From NCBI RefSeq assembly GCF_001186125.1, contig NW_014040148.1, forward strand, positions 1-64,000: a stretch of 64,000 nt of DNA, in the 5' to 3' direction. A program made the translations under genes and the position numbers. This DNA is from Sphaeroforma arctica JP610 (Eukaryota). Shown here one piece after another: positions 26,410 through 40,371 of the stretch. Each line of letters opens with the position of its first letter. The first letter of the stretch is position 1. The notes under the pieces are model-generated. The model was not told the DNA's origin. It saw only the letters and a list, made by a program, of their open reading frames with translations, and did no database searches.

Positions 26410-29400
26410 CATATATATATAAAGTTATATGTATGTGTATATATATGAGCGTTCTCGCAGTCTAGATTGGTAGCTGGTTTTCAGATAACAATTCAGTCTC
26501 GTCAGTACGGGTCTCCTTCACCAGTATTGTAATAAATTTGTAATGTAGATGTAGTTCATAACAATGGCTTTATAAGTATGGAAAAAGTCGTAGAGAGTGC
26601 CCGCAAAAGGAATGCGCATGTACGTGAGATTGTAAGTCGGAGGTTCCGAATACAAAAGTCACAAATATATCGGTTGTTTTAAGGCTTGATTATGTTGGTT
26701 TGATACCACGAGGCTGTGAGTGTTTACAGCAGCGTATGTATTCGCTAATTGTATAGTCTATGTACACGCATTCTCTGTAATAAAATCCATATTTGTTGCT
26801 TTTAGTTCGATTGGCAAGACATTTAATTAAGCTTTACGGCACATTTTCAACAGACATTGGGGTCAATCTCACCGACAGCGTCTTCCGTGGACTGTACCGA
26901 GGGAAACAGTCACATCCAGGTATGTTTTCTTGCAACTGGTGCCATACGATGCGACGCGCTTTATTATTTTATCGACAGTTTATGAACTTCATAGCAGAAT
27001 TAGCGGTTTGCCTTCTATTGTCTAAACTATTTCTCTGTCTAGACCATTAAGCGTACACGTGCAATGATATACTGGTTTACTCGCTATCGTAAAAAGAGTG
27101 AACATTACCGGTGAAGTATGTGCGTTTTCTGAGCCTTCTGCTGCATGAGCAACGGTTGCAATGTTGTTGTATCGGTGTTAGTGGCTATCATAATATTCTA
27201 CTCTTGTATTTCAAAAACATCTGCATCGCATCAGACACGGCGTATCTTGCTGCTGTCGCCAGTCAACGCTTTGCATTGGATATGGAAAGGAACATAATTA
27301 GAGTCCATAGTTAAAAATATTCATTCTTTTTCGAGCAATCCATCCTGCGCACATGTATTTGTTGATTCTCATTATTTCAAGGTTGCTCTTAGATGATTTT
27401 GAGGCGATGATGCAACGGGCAAGGACCGCAGGTGTAGTGCATATGATTGTGACTGGCGGATCTGTCTCTGATGCGAAGAAAGCCTTGGAACTGGCCAAAA
27501 CTAATGGTTTGTGGAAGTTGTAGTCTATAATTCTAGCTAACTTTGGATTGCGGTGACACTCATTCACGTGTCTGTTGAAAATGTCTTCACTCGTTTGTGC
27601 TGGCAGAACTCAATACATTTGTCTGCGGTTTCTGCCCGAAAGTGTCTTGCCATATAATGTGAGTGATTTACAGTGAATGGAGGTATACTCTATATGAGAT
27701 CAAACTGACTCGTGAAATATCCTCTGAAATTGACCTTAAATTCAAAACGGAGCGCGAGTTCGATCACATTGAAGTTTACCTAACCAATATTTTGTAGATA
27801 TGTTGACGTGCACAGTTGGATGCCATCCAACACGATGCTCGGAATTCTTAAAGGATGGGGATGGCGAATCTGGAGGCCCGGAACGATACTATCAACAACT
27901 CGAAGAATTAATAAAGGCGGGCGGTACAAAGGTGGTCGCTATTGGAGAATGCGGGCTTGGTACGTTCTCCGGTTTCATATTACGACACTGGAGTATAGTT
28001 GATTTTATTTCAAATTTAACCATCCATTAGATTTAATGTCCGTGTCTTGTACCTGTCTGCAGTCACTTGTGGAATGTATATAATACTATATCACTTGAAT
28101 GTGTGAGACTGGCTTTGCTATACTTAATGTAATTAACATGTCACTTGATACATGCAGATTATGATCGACTACATTTCTGTCCGAAAGAAACGCAATTGGT
28201 ATACTTTGAAAAGCAAATCGAATTGGCAGTTAATTCCGGATTGCCGATGTTTCTCCACTGTCGAGCTGCCCACGCAGATTTTCTCGGTGAGTCATTAAAA
28301 CAGGACAGTACAAGTTTCACTTGAGATATGAGCTTGACAAATTCAACTACATACTCATCCCGCCCAGAAGCAATTTAAATATAAATCTAGTTGTGTGGTA
28401 TGGCTGTATCTACGTCGGCCACGATCAAAGCCTTTCCCTGCCAGAAATAATCAATGAACCTGCCTGCGAAGGTAGCAGTTGTAAATCACCTTTAATCCCG
28501 GTCTTCAACACTGTGACATTGATGCAAGCACAACGAGGAGGTGTCGTCTGTTGTGACTTTCTAGCTTAATCACCATTACTATCACCCTAGCTCAATTGAA
28601 CTGCGGATTGTCCACTCATGCATCATTTCAGATATCATGCGCCGACACCACGGGAGGATCAGCGGGGGAGTGGTTCATTCTTTCGATGGTACAGAAGTAG
28701 AAGCCGCAGAGTTCATCAAGATGGGTCTGTTTATTGGAATTAACGGTTGGTATGTGCTCAGTGTTATTTCTATCGAATCTTGCTCAGTATGCGCTCCTGG
28801 TGCCAGTTTTCTAATGTGACAGGCGTTAGCAAGTTTCTGCTGCCGTTGATCTCATACTTATATCTTTCAAAGTGACTGTTAAAGAACTGTATTCTCCCGT
28901 TAGCTCAAATTATAATATTTTGTTGTCTACAATGTGGTGGAAAGTATACCTATATCCGCAAGCACCAGCCATGCCCGGGGCTGTATATGTACCTCATACG
29001 TTATTTTCCGTCATGTTTGAGCATGTTTCTCAACGGTCTCTCACTCAACCCCTCTCCTACCTTAGCTCCTTGAAGACACCCGAGAGTTTGACAGTATTGA
29101 AGAGCATTCCTGTAGAGAAGCTAATGATTGAAACGGACGCTCCCTGGTGCGATATTCGAAGGACTCACGCAAGTTTTGAGCACACGGATGTATCAAGTCT
29201 GCCCGTACAAAAGAAAAAAGAGCGGTGGGAACATGGTTGCATGATCAAAGGCAGGAATGAACCTTGCACGTTGAGGTGAGTTCTAGTCGTCAATAGTTGC
29301 TCATTTTGCCACAAAATATGTGTAACAGCAACTCTCAGATACTATTTGAGATGTAAAGTGTCAATCGTCGTGTCAAGTGGCTTGGCTTTCTGCACAGTGA

Positions 29401-29877
29401 TCGCAGCGCAAATACTAGAGGCTATATGAATTATTTTGAACATATATGTGCTGTTCCAGGTTCATCAATATTTGTTCCCACTTAATAGGTATACAGCTAT
29501 CAAGAGTATCAGCCACCATTAGCTATTGTGCTCAATTTGTTAATCTCTTATTGTATACTAAAAGTACATGATGCAAGTATGATGCCAACACCGGCTATGG
29601 GTACAAGCTGTAACTCGAGACCACATATATACCAGAGTTGATCGGCGTGTTTCCGCATAGTACGAGTTTTTTTATATAGATGCATGTCAAGCGTGCGATA
29701 TCTGGTCGTCAATTTTGCTCTCAGTCGCCTAATAAACTCCTTTCGCGTTGAACCTCTTCACATAGGAATGTGTTGGAAGTAGTTGCATCAGTAAAAGGTC
29801 TGGATATCTTTGACGCTGCAGAGTGCATCTTCAAGACCACGAACGATTTGTTTTTCCCTGCTGAAGCCAAGAAATGA
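25439..29877 (+). CDS. TATDN1: TatD-family DNase TATDN1, 8 exons, ~313 aa
   Basis: In-phase exons 25439-25469, 26854-26919, 27393-27506, 27798-27959, 28158-28286, 28632-28749, 29066-29275, 29766-29877. Motifs [63 protein letters not shown]. Confidence 0.95.
26330..26445. repeat. (TA)n(TG)n microsatellite in TATDN1 intron 1
   Basis: Directly visible. Confidence 0.95.
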
Positions 29878-30408
29878 TATCAGATACATCAAGAATATTT
29901 CCACTGAATAAACAGACGGATATCCTTCCCTCCCGCGCTTCTGTGAGTACCTCTCTATTACTGATCTACCATCATCTTGGGTCCCATCGACCCCTGACCT
30001 TACATCTGACGCATTGTTAGTGCGTAGTCCATATCAATCAATATATCAGTTACCACTACTGTTCACTCATCATCCCGAGTCAGTTTTACTGAACTAAGAT
30101 TCAGCCCCTGTGTTTGTGGATTGTCAGATATTTCCGGTGTCTATATATAAGTAGAGTATACGGTATAAATCATTCGGCCAACTCACCACCCCTTCAAGCG
30201 AGAAATTTGCGTGTCGCCAGCTCCTTCAGGCAGGATTAGATAGTGTGGCCCACATGCTTAGTTATGTGAAAAGCATCTCCATAATACTAGCACACGATTA
30301 TTGTGCAACCGCAAAATCTTCGTGATATCTATTATCCTCACAGGCATCGAATCATCTCGCTCCTTTTGAAATCTGACTTAGGTTTCACTGTTACATATTT
30401 TGTACAGA

Positions 30409-30469
30409 TAGACTTTACCTGAAACGAGATAGCCTTTATCTGAAAGGAGATAGACTTTATCTGAAACGA
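30409..30469 (+). repeat. 21-bp tandem repeat, ~3 copies
   Basis: tagactttacctgaaacgaga / tagcctttatctgaaaggaga / tagactttatctgaaacga. Confidence 0.85.
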
Positions 30470-31413
30470 ATGAGTTATTTATTTGTTAGCACCTCCTAAC
30501 GAACGATATCAGTATACTATATTTATGCCCGCTGGGCACTTAAATTGCGTCTACTGAACTAATATACTATACAATGCCAGTGATCCTTTGTATGCTTTGC
30601 GTAGTTTGTTTGTATGAGTTGTTTCATACTCGCTATCGGTGTATAGAATTTTTAGAAAGCAAGTTTGATATTCTGAACTTTAACATGCCAATTTTCATGC
30701 TCCATATGATGCTGCGCGACCCTTTGTTCCCTCGATGCACTCAGAAATAATTCAGAGTTATGACAAGAAGCGGCCACTGAACCTTAAGAATCAAAAACTA
30801 TCTGAACCGTTTACGATCTTGCTACCGTAGTGAATCAGAACGTAGATTTCCTGTGGCGCCTCCCTTAATTCCAGAGGCTAAGAGTACGTACAACCGCATA
30901 AAGCAGCACACATATGGTATGGTTCCCCAATTGCAACTGCCGATGTGCAGAATTGTGAGAGAACGAGAGATACTAAGAAAAAAACAGCTCCTTCCTAGCT
31001 GGAGACGGTTGTTGGCAACATTGTCGGCAGCGAAAATACCCAAACCGGTTCTTCCCGTACCTTTAAAATCCTTAAAATGCAGTTTGCACAGTACAAGCAA
31101 CAATAAGTTGTAATAGCCTCCTACTTTCATCTCGGTGTTCACATACCAGTAGTCCAATTTCTATTTATTACGAAAGTGGATCCTTGACATAAAAAGTAAA
31201 TATTGTATGTTTTTCTTAATTAAAAAAGTGAATTTCGGCTTGAATAACTGGCACCCGACACACAGCCAGCACTGCTACCTCTCCCCTCTATATCAACTGC
31301 AAAAGGACGCTGCAATATAGATTGCGACACCGGGATACTTGTTTGTGCTAAATGTCCCAACTCGATACAATTGCAAAGGTTTGCCCGCGATCACTCATAC
31401 TAGCATCATTGCC

Positions 31414-32610
<1,197 letters not shown>

Positions 32611-33281
32611 CTACAATAGATTTGCAGACGGCATAGGGACACAGGGTTTCACTCCTGGTTACCAAATTTCCGAAATTCGGGAAACGACATTCGGGATACG
32701 CATTTTTGTCTTACGTTTTGAATTTCTATGTCCATTGTCCCGACGTCCAATACTTGCTGTAGACTACTACTGCAGGAACGAAAAAAAGTCGTATTACAGT
32801 ATAAGGGAGTCGGACGGACTGGTCCGAAATGCTTTTTTTTTTTTAGAAAACCCCAGAAACCAAAAAACCATATTTCAGATTACCTTGCAACAAAGAGACG
32901 AATGCTTGATTCTATTAATTTTACAAGATGGCAGATTGGCAATAGCATTATATTAACCAATGGTAAATTTCATAATGCTTGACTATTGACTCTAGCAGTA
33001 GTGTGAGTCGGGTAGTTTTATAGTTTATATCCAATCGGGTTGGTAGTCGTCCATTGCTGGCCGGTACGGACCGTTTCCACAGAATTTTTGCCAGTTTTTA
33101 GGGCAAGGTTTTTTAATTTTGACAGGCGCTCTGCCCTCTGGTCGGATCACGGATAGAGTTAGATTTTTTTTTCAATAGGCCCATAGCCTTCTCTTGTCTA
33201 ATTCTCAGGAGGCGCCTTCTAATGTTCAATTTTCAGAAGGCCATGTACCTATTTTTAAATAAATATTATTATCCCTATCCA

Positions 33282-34788
33282 TAACGACAAGGTCGCTCTC
33301 CCACGCTTATGGGTACTTCTGCGTCACGCTGGAATGCCCGAAAACTGGATCAACTGCCTCCGCGCGCTGTTTGAGAGAGTCACTACCCGAGTGACATACC
33401 GCGGCACTCTCTCGTCTCTATTCCTTAGAACGAATGGCATCCTACAAGGCTCAATCGTCGGCCCCCAGCTCTTTATTATCTACATGGATTCCTTAGCTGT
33501 CACGCTAGCACAATTTCGGCCCAAGCTCCTCCGTTCTTATTTATTTGTCGATGACACACGGATCCAAGCCCCTCGATCGGTTTCGCTCCAGCCCTTCTTA
33601 GATGACATTGATGCGTGGGGACGCAAATCTGGCCTCGAACAGGGTGTCATTAAACCCCGAGTACGATCTACCGACTTGCGACACGCGGCGCCAACCCTCC
33701 GTATAAATGGTGAGCTTATCACGCCGACGCTTGCAGACGCACCTCGGAACACACGTTACCTCCCCCTGAAACTGGCGCCCACACATGCCGAACCGGAACA
33801 CTCCAAATACCTGGGGTTCCCACTCTCTCACGGAGTACCAGGAATCAACCTCGCTAGACATATGGAATCCCTGGTTGCAGCATTGTCACTGGGTATCGCC
33901 TCTTTCCGGGCTTATGGCTTCCATGGCTTCAGCTGGCGACACCCCCGCAACCGACTGGTGATGTTCAAAACATTCATCCTATCCACGGCTACATATGGGC
34001 TGAACATTATTGCCTGGGCTCCGCCTATATGGAAGGATGCGTTGGACCCCCTATTCGAGCGCTTTAACTCAGCACTCATTCAAGCAGCAGCCGTCATCAC
34101 GGGCACTAAATACCCTCGGTTTCCCAAACATCAAACAAANNNNNNNNNNNNNNNNNNNNNNNNNNNNNNNNNNNNNNNNNNNNNNNNNNNNNNNNNNNNN
34201 NNNNNNNNNNNNNNNNNNNNNNNNNNNNNNNNNNNNNNNNNNNNNNNNNNNNNNNNNNNNNNNNNNNNNNNNNNNNNNNNNNNNNNNNNNNNNNNNNNNN
34301 NNNNNNNNNNNNNNNNNNNNNNNNNNNNNNNNNNNNNNNNNNNNNNNNNNNNNNNNNNNNNNNNNNNNNNNNNNNNNNNNNNNNNNNNNNNNNNNNNNNN
34401 NNNNNNNNNNNNNNNNNNNNNNNNNNNNNNNNNNNNNNNNNNNNNNNNNNNNNNNNNNNNNNNNNNNNNNNNNNNNNNNNNNNNNNNNNNNNNNNNNNNN
34501 NNNNNNNNNNNNNNNNNNNNNNNNNNNNNNNNNNNNNNNNNNNNNNNNNNNNNNNNNNNNNNNNNNNNNNNNNNNNNNNNNNNNNNNNNNNNNNNNNNNN
34601 NNNNNNNNNNNNNNNNNNNNNNNNNNNNNNNNNNNNNNNNNNNNNNNNNNNNNNNNNNNNNNNNNNNNNNNNNNNNNNNNNNNNNNNNNNNNNNNNNNNN
34701 NNNNNNNNNNNNNNNNNNNNNNNNNNNNNNNNNNNNNNNNNNNNNNNNNNNNNNNNNNNNNNNNNNNNNNNNNNNNNNNNNNNNATAA
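33282..34788 (+). mobile_element. 5'-truncated non-LTR retrotransposon (LINE) reverse-transcriptase fragment; 3' part in N-gap
   Basis: DKV..LW..L..GMP, GILQGSIVGPQLFIIYMD, catalytic LFVDD and KYLGFPL motifs. Flanked by the direct repeat tattatccctatcca at 33267-33281 and 34789-34803 (candidate TSD). Confidence 0.88.
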
Positions 34789-35074
34789 TATTATCCCTAT
34801 CCAAAAGCCAAGCTTCAAACGGGAATTTACTGACCACTTCTTCCCATCAATCTTTCCTGAACCACTACAGCGACTATAAGAGCCATACCATATGTTCATA
34901 CATTGTATCATACATACTTGCCATTTTTGAAAAAATAATATTATCCCTATCCAAAATATCTATTTTTCGAATATTTTTACAAAAGTGGCGTTTAGCAAAA
35001 GGATTTTGAAACTGATATCATACATAATAACTATTTTTGTAGCGGTTCGCACGTGTAATCGTTTATGTGAAGTT

Positions 35075-35194
35075 GCATACACGTACTTGTACATACACGC
35101 ATACACGTACTTGTACATACACGCATACACGTACTTGTACATACACGCATACACGTACTTGTACATACACCCATACACGTACTTGTACATACAC
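35075..35194 (+). repeat. 24-bp tandem repeat, 5 copies
   Basis: gcatacacgtacttgtacatacac, near-perfect copies. Confidence 0.95.
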
Positions 35195-36448
35195 ACCATT
35201 GTAATATCGATAGATATTTAGGGAAAGTGAGTAAAAACTATGGCTTGCGCTGCAGATTATTGCAAAGAGCTGTGCATAGAAAATACACCTCAGCACCGCT
35301 TTCCAAGGAAAGATTGGTTTCAGGCGATCAGACGACTCACAATGAGACCAACAGTGGTAGACTTTTAGAAAAGGTACAACAAAACCAGTCTGCGTGTGTA
35401 GCAGTCACTTCAAAAAAGAATTTATAAAACGGAATAGGATATTAACAACACTCACAAGCGATGCTGTTCCGATGAAAGAGCACCAGTGGGAGTTGTATCT
35501 TGCGAGGAAAGCGAGACTAAGCGGCGAAGGTTGGATGTGCTAGACAAGAGACGCGGTTGAAAAGAGATAGTTTGAATTATAGTGGCTTCCAAACACTACG
35601 ACGTAGTTTTAGGAACGATGGAACAGAAAAACTTGACAATCTTACAAACAGAGAGAGTGAATACCATCTTGGAGCTCTTCATCGAGAATTAGAATAGGCT
35701 GTGGAAAATATCATCAAACAGAAGACACAGAGTGCGATGGCAGATGCGTAATGAAAAAAACGGGAAACAGAATTAGTATTTTTAGCACTTGCAAAGGATG
35801 GTCAATTTACCAATAAGCAAAACAATGAACCAAAACTTATTGGTCGCACAGTATACACGTAGAACTTGCAAATTGCAGGTAAATATGATTGTGTATTATT
35901 ACAACTTATTACATTCAACTGAGAAATAACATTATCATCTGCTGTTTATATTTTAATACTTGCACACTACACAGGGCTAAAATGTATTTATGCTCACCCA
36001 GGAGGTACGAATGGTTAACCTCTACTTCTTTTGTCTGGCAGCGGAAATTCGCTTCTACCTTACTGATATTATCTCCCCCATAGTTAGTGCACGTTAGTTT
36101 ATTTTATTGCTCAATAGCAAGCAAATAGTTGTTCTATACTTTATGATATATTGGCTACAAAAATAATATTCAGTCGTACAGAATAAACTCGCAACATCAT
36201 CTATGTAGTCAAAACTGTGTTGCGCTTAGTCAAAAGTGTTAAGTCTGAAATAAGTGAACTCAGTCAGAAGTGCCGTTGTGAACGGCGCGTCTGCTGTATT
36301 TATTAATCATGTTCCTATGTGGGACGAGATATTCTCTAACAACGGCAGATTGTGAAAATCTCGGTATTTAAGATCTTAGTTACTAAACAATGATGACATC
36401 CGATGAGTTATCATTCCCTCTCACTAAATTATCTATTCCATTATCTAA

Positions 36449-36549
36449 TCCGGTCCTCGGGTCCGTTCCTCAATTAAATCCTCTTAGGCCCGAGCCTCTG
36501 GTTCGGTCCTAAATAATTTCCTTAGGTCCGGTCCTCTGGTCCGGTCCTA
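36449..36549 (+). repeat. ~38-bp tandem repeat (~2.7 copies) built of GGTCCGGTCC motifs
   Basis: tccggtcctcgggtccgttcct.. / ggcccgagcctctggttcggtcct.. / ggtccggtcctctggtccggtcct. Confidence 0.75.
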
Positions 36550-39409
36550 CATCCCCGTCTACGGCACTTTGTCCACAGCCCCGCCAAGTTGAGTATTGGT
36601 ATTTTTCAATGACTATTTATGTCACAATTCTGTGATAATTTGTAAATAAAAATATAAAGGTAATATCCTATACGGACCGCGGGGTTATTGCATCGTCATA
36701 ATCACTAATTGTCAATTATCACATGTGTCGTAAATAGTCGCTGCTAAGATATCACTCAGTCAGCTGTTTTTATGATTATTAAAATCTTTGAAAAAAAACA
36801 AAACAAAACAATATAGTTGTAAATTCTATTATTGTCGGTTTTTACCTCATATGGATGTATCTTATTAAAAATAGCATTGTTATTTTACGACACCCGTTTA
36901 AAATTGATGTAAATTTGCTGTCGCCAATTCATATAATTCGTTATTATTTATAATGACCTGTGCGTGTCGTTCGAGCTATATTATATTTCAAATATAGACC
37001 CTAATTTGGCACCTGTCGCATGTTTGACTACGAGTGTCCTTTGTTTGATTAACGTTCAACGTTTACCGGTTTTATAAACGTGTATTCAAACCACTTTTCT
37101 ATCTAAATTTTATATCTATTATTCTATGGAAAAGTACTACGAAATGTGCCCCTAGCGCTGTACATACTTAGTGAACATATGTGTGCACCTACTGTTTATA
37201 TATGTCTCATAAATCTTAGTTCAGTATAATGGCGATGTATGTGAGTGTGGATTGTGCTGAATGATGTGGATGGCTTGTGCTTAGGGCGGGCTGTACCGTC
37301 CTTTATTCTGTGCGAATGACCTCCCGTGGGCTTTACGTGTAAGTATTTTAGAACCACAAGTGTCCATTTGATTCTTCAATTTCCCTTCAATTTAATGGAT
37401 CATGGTGCCTTTGAGTTCATTGTTATATACGATCTTGTCTATAGTTACAACTTTTATGTTAAGACAACTCTAGGTCTATGCTTTGTAGGTGTATAATTGT
37501 ATCAAAATGAATTACGTTTTTATTGTGATGTATTTTCATTGATTCACGCGTGTATGCCTTTTCGAAATGTGGTATGATGCATAGTCTGACTAGCTCTAGT
37601 CGAATATTATGAAGCTATTTAACTCTCATGTATATCACGTGTATTTTGATATCCGTTCCTAAGCTATTGAATTTATATGAAGCTTAAGATATCGTATATA
37701 TGTTTTAGGGCTTTATTTGTGTGAACTTTGTGATTTATGGCTACAAGATCTTAAGATCGTTAGTGGATTGCCTAACTAATGGTATGTGCTTCTTCCACTA
37801 TTGGTTATATATACTTACGTATCATTATAACTGAATATTTGTATATCATATTTTTGTAATTGAGCCTATTCTCCTGTATATATGTCTATATTGTATGACA
37901 TTTAACTAGTATAAACTTCGATTGATATTTATATCTTAAACTATGTTATATAAACTAAGATACAATTTAAGTCAGTTAGGATTTAGCAGTGGTAGCTTGT
38001 GTAAGAATGATCGGGACTGCCTCTTGGTAAGAGCCTTAATATCCTCGATCACATAGGACGTACCTCTAGCTGTTCTTCATTGAACATTTTTTTACTAGAA
38101 GTACTAAGTGTTCATGATCACATGTCTAATTTGTAGATAGACGTAAGCAACGTAAGTCAAGTTAATACATTAGCTAATATAAATAGAGTTCCATCTGAAG
38201 AAAAGTTAAAAAAAGAAAAAGACTTATTGGATTTTGGAGATTGGCGGGAAGACCAAAACCTGTAAGGAGTAGTTTAGATATTATAAAATTTAGTTTATAA
38301 TATCCTACATCTACTATCGTCTCAAATAGGTCCAAGTAAATGAGTCATGCCAAATACTCAGGCTATGGCTATTGGAGCCATCAACGTAAATTTAGATCAC
38401 TTTGGAAATATTGGAAATATTGGAAATATTTTAAAAACAAATTAAAACCAATGTGTTATCTCATTTGATCTTGATATTTTAGACTGACCGGAGGCCGTAT
38501 TTCTATACTAGCTTGTCCCAAGTATATCGTAAATATACTTAGGACATTGTGCCTATGCAGTTTGTTTTATTGTATTTTAACAGCCTTCATGCATTTAAGT
38601 AAGTAATCTTCAAATAATTATGTTTATTTTATTCTATTGTGTCGCCGAATATCGTGAGTGTATGCGACTATGTATGAGTTTCGACTCGACGTAGTTAAAT
38701 CTTAATTAAATCTAATAATTATATTCGATTTCGATTTCGATTTCGAGAATCTCGTTTTGTCACCAGCTTATAGTATCTTATATTATCTGAAACTCTGGCA
38801 GTGTGTGTGTCTGTAACTTGTCTACTATGTATGTAAATATGTCTGCTATGGCATCTATATTTCGCGAGATATGAGTGTTTATCTGCGTATTATGTATTGG
38901 TTATTGTATGTTTACGATTTTTAACGTTTATTACAAAGCGTTTAGCGTATATTACAACGTAAACGTGTTGTGAAAACGGTAGTTTTTTTTGAATGAAAAA
39001 TTAGGCCCATTTCTAAGCCCCGTTTTTCTGTGAATATATACGTAAACGCATATGACTAAAAGCGTAAAAAGTATTAACAAAGATTATTCGCTTCTCGTCC
39101 GTCTATAGTGCGGGCGGTTACCATTGTGCTATATAATGACTCTAATAACAACGTATTGTCCTCTTTCTTCTATCATCACAGGGTTGACCGCGTGTGACAC
39201 CCCTGTTTGTGACGCCCACGAATAATGGGTATCAGTGACAACTCCTTGTTGTTCCTGACGATATCGTAGTATACCATTAAACCTATTTACTCTGGTCTGC
39301 TCTCGTTCGTAATGACTTGAAGTGCTATGTGTGAGATGCGCGTGGTGTGATGTCCTCATGAGCATACTTGAGATAGGCACGCTTTCCGTGACTCCGTCAC
39401 AGCGCCTTA

Positions 39410-39595
39410 CATGTTCCGCCTGCCACACCAATAGGGTTACGCATGTTCCGTCGTCTACGTAATAGTGTTTCAACTGTACCGCCTCCTGCGTAACACGTTG
39501 CACATGTTCCACCTGCTGCGTAATAATGTTGTACACGTTCTGCCGTCTACGTAATAGTGCTACCCATGGTTTCGTTTAGTACGTAATAGTGCTAT
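39410..39595 (+). repeat. Degenerate ~31-bp tandem repeat, ~6 copies, within the candidate LTR
   Basis: Units resemble catgttccgycgyctrcgtaatagtgyt. Confidence 0.75.
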
Positions 39596-39622
39596 CCAAC
39601 CCAACACCACTCCGGGAGACTG

Positions 39623-39924
39623 TGCAACACGCTTGAGGCTGCGGATTCCTACCGACTCTCAAGTGTCCGCGCAAAGTTCAATGCGGCGTGTCCTCAGGGT
39701 TGCTCACCTCTGAGTAAAAGTCAACAGGGTTCTCGCCTGTACTCTCAGCATATAAATAACCATACGGTCTATTCTGTCGACTGGGTGCCATGCAACACGC
39801 TAGTGAGGCTGCGGTTGCTCACCGACTTCAAAGTGCCTACGCAAAGTTCAATGCGCCGTGTCCTCAGGGTTGCTCGCCACTGAGTTAGAGTCAACAGGGT
39901 GCTCGCCTGTACTCTAAGTATATA
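39623..39924 (-). repeat. ~133-bp module duplicated with 168-bp period, rich in conserved hairpins
   Basis: Copies 39623-39754 and 39791-39924 align throughout (gcaaagttcaatgc, gtgtcctcagggttgctc, gtcaacaggg..ctcgcctgtactct). Confidence 0.9.
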
Positions 39925-40371
39925 TATATATACTTGCCACTCACCACCACCGCTCATGTTTAGCGACGTTTAGCGTCGTGTGTTGTTTGTTTCTATTACT
40001 GTTGTATTCCTGTTGTACCTATATTATTATTAAGCTATTGTAAGCCCTTATTCATTCACGTGTTCGTGTTGTCTTCCCATAGTGTATAATGCAGCAAATT
40101 ACTTATATCATTTCCATGTTCTATTGTTGTCGAATACGTGTCATGTTTATCTATCGTACAGTATGTAACTACTGTGCCTTCTAATAGTAATCTGTGCAAC
40201 TCGTGCATAATATATATTCGAATACAGGTGTCTATTCTATGTATAAAAGCGTTTTATTAAACCAATGTTACCCCTCTAACATCTACTATCGGTTATACGA
40301 GCGTGTTGTCATCACCCATGCATGCAGCAAGGACGCAACCTCGGCCAGACATACCATCGACCTAGGCTGCT

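Larger units (their letters stand above)
39125..39939 (-). mobile_element. Candidate LTR (~815 bp) of the chromovirus element
   Basis: On the minus strand it begins TG directly after the purine-rich tract GAGCGGTGGTGGTGAG (39955-39940, PPT-like) and ends CA followed by A-TGG. It contains internal repeats and a TATA-like gtaaatagg near 39290. No second LTR is present in the window to confirm the boundaries. Confidence 0.5.

Noticed and set aside
37200..38100. Decayed gag with RIP-like CAA>TAA hypermutation downstream of the LTR
   Set aside because: Stop density is not clearly above expectation for AT-rich DNA and no gag motif is visible; it needs alignment to intact copies.
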